Of a DNA stretch of 64,000 bases, positions 55,428-64,000 are shown piece after piece. Position numbers and translations under genes: made by a program. Below the pieces are notes generated by a model. That model worked only from the letters and a program-made list of their open reading frames with translations. It was not told where the DNA came from and did no database searches. Origin of the DNA: Trichoplax sp. H2 (Eukaryota); contig NOWV01000002.1 in NCBI GenBank assembly GCA_003344405.1, positions 1,240,001 to 1,304,000 of the forward strand, read 5' to 3'. Position 1 is the stretch's first letter. Each line of letters opens with the position of its first letter.

Positions 55428-58146
55428 GACTGTAATGTAATCTTTCTGATCAGATAGATGTTACGATAGTTATTAATTAACGAACTCCTTATATCATCTG
55501 AATACCGATAGTGACAATGTAAATTGACGTGAGATTGAACGGACTTATACTTAGTTGTAGTTAATTATAACAAATATTATCACGATATAGTTGATTTACA
55601 AGTACAGCTTATATAATTATATGATTCAACGCGGTCAAAGAGTTGTCAGTATCAGTATTTTCTCATCAATTTAAGCCTTTAGTATACTAAATTTAGTTAT
55701 TAATTCGGTCATAGCCCAATCAAGATCCTGCTGTTGTAGATAAGCCTGCAGGCTACGGGTAATTATAATTAACATTATTGTTAGTATTTATTGTTTCTAA
55801 AGCTTTTTGAATCAAGAGAAAATAGCAGAGATAAATAATACGATTCTTACTAATTCGATGGCTTACTAACTATACTATTAAAGTGATTTTATTGGCAGTA
55901 ATTAATGTATAGAAGGGATTACCAGTATCTGTTAATACAGGAAATAATCAGATTTCATTAATGTTTTCTAATGTTGAATCGGTCTATTCCTTAACAGTCT
56001 TTAATCCACTAATTTACTGATCGCAGAGACGAGAAATATACTTTGCTTCTGCGCTTTCGTAAAATAGTCGCTTGAACTCATTTCGCTACTATAAGTAATC
56101 AATTGTTATAATATAAGAAATTATAGCTTGTGTATTGTACTAAGAATTCTTGTCTTAAAGGTTAAGAATAGCTTGAGGTCAATAAAATCCGGCGGGAATT
56201 AATCGAGAAAAGAGACTAAACTGTCTTTGTTCGTCTTAATGAATGATACTATCGTATGAGACAAAGTACAGTATAATCTCTATTTACTGTAGTTTTATCG
56301 TTTTTCTTGCGGCAGATACCGTGTATAGTAGTAATTAATAATAACCAGACATGTACTGCAGATCCTTCAATATCCTCAATTTATTTAGTTAAAGTTAAAA
56401 GTTACCGACTAAAAAGATCGAGTCTAATCATTAACTCTACACTAGCTCCGTCTCTAACTTAGCTTGTACAGCCTTAAATGATGCCAATTTTATGCATTCA
56501 TATTCTAGTATAGATTACTAATTTAAGACACTATATAAAGAACTACAGTATATATGTAAATCATGACAATAAATACTAAGGTTAGTCATTACTTCAGGAA
56601 TAATACCATACATGAACATAACCCGTGTAAGACTCACTAATATGTAAATTTTAATATTAATACTGTGGCAGAGTAACGATCTCAACTGATATTTAATAAC
56701 TATAAATTAAGGAGGCAAAGAATGTTATTACAGTATTTACACTCGCGACATACGTCTGTATCTATCGTAATTTCTCTCGTTTTAGGCTTGATTGGTTATT
56801 ATAAGTTGATTGTATCGATATTCTAAAGTTAAAACTATTTTAGCTATGAATAATGGAGCAAGTAATCTTAATTTTAAAGCATATCTAAACCATATAATTC
56901 AAGTCTAGGAGTAGAACGAGCCTTACTATAAAAAAGTTTAATTATAGTAATGTTACTTAACACACCAGAACATTCGATAAATTTTAAAACTTTCGTTATA
57001 CTTTACTGTAGCCTAAGCACTGAAATTCGAATAAAATCGACAGTGAACTGCGAGAATAGTACATGAAGAGGAAAGAGAGACTGATGATAAAAAGATACAG
57101 GAACTTTTCAAGAGAATATAAACGAGCATTTTTATCACGATGAAACAAGTGTTGATTAAAGATAGTGACGATACTAAAGTATTATTAGAGGGTTTAATTA
57201 CTTAACCCTAATTAAGGTTTCTGTATTATTTAGCGACCAGTAAGATTACTAAATTACGCTTGCATAGACATTGATGTATTATTCTCTATTGGCAATTATT
57301 ACGTTATATTGATCGGTAATATCATTAGTAATGTAAATATTGATGTTTTGCAATACTAATGATTGACTGCTTTTTAACAATATTGTAAGATACGAAGTCA
57401 TGCATTTTCGTTGCATTTCAAATAGCTGAGTTATTATTAGAGAATAAATGTCTTGTAGCTGAACAGTATATATATATATATACGGTAGCTCTCTAAATGA
57501 AATTGTAATGATATGTTGATTTCGAAATCTATTTACTTAACGATCGAGGAATGCAGACTTACTTAATTGGATTAATGTAATTCAAATAGTGTCAAGATGG
57601 ATCCATTGATAACTTATCGAATGGAAAATACAGAAGTAGAAAAGCGCTTATCATGAACATGGAAGACGCAGTTTAAGTGCCTTTTACTCAGATTCCTTTT
57701 ATTTTTCTAATTGCTAAATGACAGTTCAGAATTGAGCTACTGATACAATCATAACTACAAATTTTTACCTATTTTGAGGAGTAGTTTATTTTTAGGTCTA
57801 AAAAGTGATAATTCATGTCTAACAATGTATAAAATATTTGCTAATTGTTCAATAAAGGAGTACTATAACCCAGTTTTACAATTATAAGATCATGATTATC
57901 CGATATATTTCTGTTTAGGTGTATGGATTGCCTTGATATTAGGAAATGATTTCGCTTCTTTCTCTCTAAAATAGAAGAGTAATCGTAAGGATGTACGTAG
58001 AACTGTTATAAGCTAGTGTAGATTTTATTTCTATCCTTAAAATAATTATAAATGTTGCTTCATTAATCAAAATGATTATTGGATAATTGAAAACTATATT
58101 AGATTAAATTATATGAAATTTAAGCTAAACTAGATCCTTACAGAGC

Positions 58147-58749
58147 TTAACAGAACAATTTGTAAGATAGAGGAGCGTAGTCGCAGTTGTATGGGTAGGA
58201 AGCGAAGCATTCAGCAGCAACTCTGTCGCATTCGCAGTTAGCGCGGTCACAGGTACCCCAGGCATCGTCTATAATTTTAAAGCAAATGTGAATCTATCTA
58301 ATAAACTATCTCAAGATCGATAATATGATCTATCGCCCACATTCAATCGAATAAATCAAAGTTAATTTATCCTACAATACATCCAATATTTGCAGTAATG
58401 TATATTGGAATTTAAATAACAGTAGTATAACAAAATTACCGCAAGTGATGCGGCCAGCAGAGTTTTTGTGCCAATCGTATGGGTTAAGAACTTCCCATTG
58501 CAAAAGGTTGCAACCAGTATCGCTATAGCAGTTGTCATGAGATCTGCAGCACTCGTCGATCTTGTCAACTGTTGCTGGGGTACTGAAGTAAGGTCCAAGA
58601 CCGCACCAGTTACCATAGCCGTTGAAAGCCAAAGCACTACGGCCAGTAGTGTAAGAGATCATAGATTGGAAGTTAAGTGCACTACGGTCGGCATTTTTGG
58701 CCTCGCAAGCAACGAAGAGAGCGGCGATAACAAGGCAGAAAACCTTCAT
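58147..58749 (-). CDS. Secreted phospholipase A2 copy C; exons 58440-58749 and 58147-58268
   Basis: Signal peptide [17 protein letters not shown], then [23 protein letters not shown], and exon 2 [16 protein letters not shown]...LFC*. Same intron position and phase as copies A and B. Confidence 0.93.
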
Positions 58750-60349
58750 GATGATTTCTTTCTCTTTTTACACACGTCTTGCAAACGCTATGCTAGAAGA
58801 TAGAATAAACTCGACGTTGGTAGGTAGCATCTTTATATAACTTTTCATCCGGAGATGTTTGTTCAAGTAACTAGTATTAATCTGAACAAATATTGAATTA
58901 TTTGTGGAATTAAAATAAAAGTAGGTGGGATCTAAAATTAATCTGTAACTAGTCCATTTTGGAATTAGATGGGTTTACTAATTACAATTGATTAATTATC
59001 TACTGAAGTCGAGCTGCTTAAATATTTACGATTGCGTAATAGTATGAAATAAAAATTCACTTTCAAGCACTATGCTTATCCTGTTATATTATGGCCGCTA
59101 AAATGGATTTTATGCAAAGGCATGGAGTCATTCGATATAGGGAAATAATTAAGAGACCTATAAAGCTATACAGCATTGGATGTATATCGGATTAAATGCC
59201 AATTACATCTATTTTCGATCGAATGTAATCAATATTGAGTAATACTCTTATACTATAAATATTAAATGTTCATTTTTAATTATTGTACTGCTACAGTTTA
59301 GAATATTGTACTAGAAAGTCATAAAGTTTATATGGGCTTGTATGTCCAATTATCTATCGAAACAGAAAAGTGGATAATACGTATCTTTAATTTTTATTGT
59401 GTAAAACTATTGAAATTAAAATGGAATCTCATTATTTGATTTGCCTTTAGTATTTAGATGATATATAGATCAGGATTAGATTAGATCTAGGTTCATATTC
59501 GAGTAATTTAGCTTAGTCGTATTTCACATAGTTAATAATATCGACGGTATACACGTATGCGTATACACGTATTTCGGCATTAGTATATGGATTATATCAG
59601 GTTGATATCTCTTACTGGGCAATCTTAGATCGTATTTTGTAACGGAATGATTGAATCTATAATGTGATAAAGGTATAAGCTACAACAGCCCAAATTTATT
59701 AGAAACTGCATGTCTAGAATATTCTACCTGGCTCATCATTATATGAGTATATTCTGATTCCATTTGGTAACGTATCTCTGGCGGCATACGCGTATTTTAA
59801 TTCGATTATCTAATAAGCTTATTTTTGGATGATTTGAAGTTCTTTGGAGTTTATATTACAGAGTTTTTCTCCAACTTTGTACGCAATATCTGGTTGTTCT
59901 TAGCATTATAGATCAGTAATATTTTCTTATACTATGTTACACATTACAATGGTATAGCGAACGATACTTCTATTAAGCGAATATCATACTATCATTATAA
60001 TGGTAATAGAGATTTTACTTGGGATAAATTAAAATATAACATATAAATATAAATGATACATTATATATAACCTATTATTATAATTTGTGCATTATTTTTT
60101 TCTCCGTACAGTATGAGTGCAGACTATATTCGATGTACCTTAAATGGAAACGTAAATAAGGATTATAATTATTAGTAAGTCAGCAAATCAGCAATATAGG
60201 ATCGCGCTATTATGGAAGCTTCTGTATCACTTTATTAGTTACTGAAATTACAGAAATCGCAAATTGTAAATTTTTATGTAGTGGATCTTGATTGCAAAGG
60301 ATAAAATTATAAGGAACACGAACGGGTAGGTGGCAATTGGACAATATGA

Positions 60350-60509
60350 TCATGTAGACCAACATCAATTACTGTAGTTACTTAAAATCGAGGCATTGAA
60401 GCCAGTACTGTAGAAGATCATTGAGTGGAAGTTTAGTGCACTACGATAGGAAGACATTTTTGCCTTGCAGGCAAGTGATCAACAATAATAAGGTAGAGAT
60501 CTGTTTCAT
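60350..60509 (-). pseudogene. Phospholipase A2 pseudogene fragment most similar to copy C
   Basis: The minus strand reads RSALNFHSMIFYSTGFNASILSNYSN*C versus [28 protein letters not shown] in copy C. There is a TGG>TGA stop, the signal region is degenerate, and the HD motif is not recognisable. Confidence 0.75.
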
Positions 60510-63500
60510 AATAACCTTCTTTTACATTCATCTCTTATAGATGTGCAACCATAATATAGAGAGAGCATCGGTAAAAGCTCAATCGCCGATATCACATTTA
60601 AATCTCTTATTAGCTTCATCATACAGAATTTCAGGTTGCTAAAATTGATGTTAGATCATCTCGATTGGGGCTGGATTAAGCTAGAAATATATTATTAAAA
60701 TGTATTGATGGCATCTGACAGTAATTCAGGCTTATCTTGTTATTATTACAATAAAATTTATAGGACTATCCCCCCTTATGTTAACAAATCTATTACTTAT
60801 AGCCAATTAAAACATGATAGGTAAAATAAACACAGCATGAAAGGCTTTGATGACCGATTTAGTCATGTCAATAATTCTTATGTAATAAGCCAGAAATATT
60901 TAAACGGCAATAATAAGAAATTACGCTTGCTTATCTAGTAGAAAATTGATTAATTCTTAATTTGAGTTATTTATGAATTAGCCCATATTTGTTTTTCGTT
61001 CCGTGATCTTATGCATTAAGATTTATCTGTTATGGTAATTTTTTCTTCATAATCTTGTCACTTGTCAAATAAAAATTGAAATAAAATGAATCATCGCGGA
61101 ATCCACCACTATAACATATATATATAATAATTGACTAGCACAATAATTATGCAGATATTCAATAAATAAAATAAAATGGAATTAAAAAATATAATTGCTT
61201 TTCTCCGTATCACTAGTTAGTATACTATTACAGCAATTTTGTGAGAGTATTATCGGCGTAAACTATACAAATAAATGTTTTCCTGGTAAAGAAAAGCTGT
61301 CTATCATACTTTAGTAGTGTAATCAAATTGAAAAATGGAGCTGCACTGTTAGAGTCTTTGCATAAGGCAAGAAATTTCGACTTGTTCGAATTGTATTGAT
61401 TATGATTATACGTAAGGGGTCATTTCAGCTTAGAGTGAAATATAATTGATTTATTGCTACGTAATTTACGACAATATTACTGATAAAATTAAGTTCTTTT
61501 AATTGATAGATTGTGATATCAAAAAGATTAGTGCTGTATTTTAATGTCTAATTGAAAAACAAAGATCTACAAATGAAATTATATTTACGATAGAAGCTTA
61601 ATACTTCAGTAAACATTAAGTAATTAGTGAAATGTCAATGATAAAACCCATTAGTAATTAGATACTCACCTAGATACTGATTCAATTTACGGTATCTGTT
61701 TAGTAGTATTCTTGCTACTACAGACTAAGATCATATGTTGACCGAGGATTAAATAAACTTTGCTAGTGAATAGATCTTTTCATCTTGCTTAGTTTACTTT
61801 GCTATAATTAATAAAGTAGATATTTCAATAGTTAATACACTCATTAGCACGTTTGATCCATTATTTTTAGATAGATCTATTTTCGTGTACCTAGTATGGA
61901 TATAGTCGGGATTAAGACGGATCGTAATCAAGGGATATAAACGGTAGAATAAATCTCCTCCTACTTTGTGGATAGTCGTGATAATTCAGTTACTAATGAT
62001 GCATTATGTATTCATGTTAATGTCAATAATGACTGAACGATGTGACAGCTAATTAGATCGGAACTTGATTAAGATTTTTTCTCTTAAGTAAGGCTATAGA
62101 TTAATTATTTTTTATTTACATTTTATGATAAAATCTTCATAGGCCAAGTTCATGCTTGTTATTCGTTTTGTTTTCCTAATAAAGTTCCTATCCCGATTTA
62201 CATGTTTATTGTTCAAGATTTCTTTACTACAATGAATTCTTTTCCATTTATCCATCTCCATTTAGATGAAATTATTTATCTACGGTTTATTTTGAGAATC
62301 AGGAGGGAAAATTACTTTGATATGACCGTCAATTTTTATACGGTATACACTATGCACATTACCATCATCAGCGATCTAGTGTTTATTTACGGGTTAAATT
62401 TATGCGTATAAATCACCTGAGTGAGAAAGAAATATTATATTTTATGGGATAGATCAAGTGAGATCCTTATTTGATTGGCCTTCAAAAATATACACACCTT
62501 CCTGGACTATTGTATTATACGTAGTAAATTTTACTTTCGCGTCACCCAAGCTTAACCAGTATTATCATTTTTTAATATAAAGTTATACTATGGTCAGGCA
62601 AAGTCTTATCTAATAAAATCGACAAAGCAAAGAATATCGAGATTTATTGCATGTTCAGTGTTGTATCTCTTTTTATATTAAACGCTTTCTGGAAGAATTT
62701 TATCTAATTTTGCATGACATCTTGTCACCGTTAAGTTAATTCAGTTTCAGTATACTGCAAAGTCATAGTTTGATTATGTAGGCATTAAATAATGAAGTGA
62801 TAACTTTTCAATCTCACGTCGTGAAGTATCTGCTATAAAGGCAAGTTGAAGATGTATTATGGAATTATAGTATTTGTCACTTTTATTAATAACTCCTTTC
62901 TGGTTTTCCTTATTGAAAAGGAATTAAGATTAAAAGCTGGCAATAAACGTGAAATGATCGATATATTTTTCAACGATAACTTACCTTAAAGCTGCCTAAA
63001 TGTTTACGTTCTATTAATTTAAATGTTCGATTAGAGGGAATATAATCTTAAAGTTAGTGCAAATAGTGCATTATTATTAACTAGTCAGGATATGTATCTA
63101 TAACAGATACCTTAATGGGTTTTCCTGAGAGTTTTATAATGCTCTCATAGTAATATAAGATAGAAGCTAAGATATGTGTACCAGTGTAGTGGACTAGGCA
63201 GAATAAAATGTTTTAGAGAACAGTAACTGATGATGAAGCAGCTCAAGTGCAGCATGCTTAATTTTGGAATTTCATGAAATATGAGCCTTAATTACAGTAG
63301 CTGCAAGGACGCTACAAACGGTAATTTATTTTAACTAGAATGTAGATTTGAACAAGTTATTATTACTATCAATTTACGGGTTTATTACTGAGGATAATAC
63401 GATGTTTTACTGCGATCGTAGGTTTATAGCTCCTGTATATTCTATGTAGCGGCAGATAATTATATTAACGTGTTCATCAGTGCTCAGCAGCAAATAAAAA

Positions 63501-64000
63501 TTAAAGTCAGCTTTTAATGTCGTTCAGTAAGAGTGGGATATTTATAGCGAAGGCCTTGCTTTAATAACTTACCAAGATACTTCTAAAAGATCTAATCAAG
63601 AATGAATAATGTCACCTAAAGTGAATATCTGGAGGTAAAATTTTAACAGCTTTACTATGGAAAAATAAAACTCCTGAAATTATTTTCCATGCTTTTTCGC
63701 ATCACTACAATAAGTACTAGATACAAATATGATTTCTTCCCTGAAAAAAACTAGCTTGGTAGCTGGCTTGACTTTTCATAGAAATGATTTTTTACTAGAA
63801 TTTTACTCTGAGCGAAATAATTAAAAATGCATTTCGCTATGGCTAATTATTTATCCGTTGAAATTCGTGACTTGGTATCTACAAGTAATGGAGTAAATTG
63901 ATAATTTCGGACCATATTTATTATTGATTTATCTTTAAATAAAAAATTTGTTTGAAATTTAAGAGTAAATTTTGAATTCTGTAGAAAGTTTAAGCAACTT

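Noticed and set aside
58468..58803. Antisense and alternative-frame ORFs over the PLA2, GPCR and KAT5 genes
   Set aside because: Shadow ORFs of real coding exons.
61600..63600. Scattered donor-like sites (CTCACCT/CTTACCT) suggesting a minus-strand gene
   Set aside because: I could not assemble a consistent exon chain or a recognisable protein.

Overview
AT-rich eukaryotic (animal) genomic DNA with short GT-AG introns and two 20-N assembly gaps. The gene content and compact style suggest an early-branching metazoan, possibly a placozoan such as Trichoplax; this is inference only. From 5' to 3' the window holds: the first exon of an unknown minus-strand gene; a 4-exon SelW2/MIEN1-like selenoprotein that the ORF track misses, with a CxxU in-frame UGA, a C-terminal CaaX box and a clear form-2 SECIS in the 3' UTR; a TACTG-rich tract; KAT5/Tip60; IQCE; two intronless LGR/RXFP-like 7TM receptors with no visible ectodomain; a repeat-rich, TE-like block with a ~400-bp tandem duplication and a two-variant minisatellite; a solo LTR with a 4-bp TSD plus a probable polymorphic LTR insertion at a gap; and a tandem cluster of secreted phospholipase A2 genes (two intact, one with a possible splice lesion, at least one pseudogene). 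No prokaryote-type system (CRISPR etc.) is present. The selenoprotein with its SECIS is the strongest hidden signal. All exon models were derived by hand.
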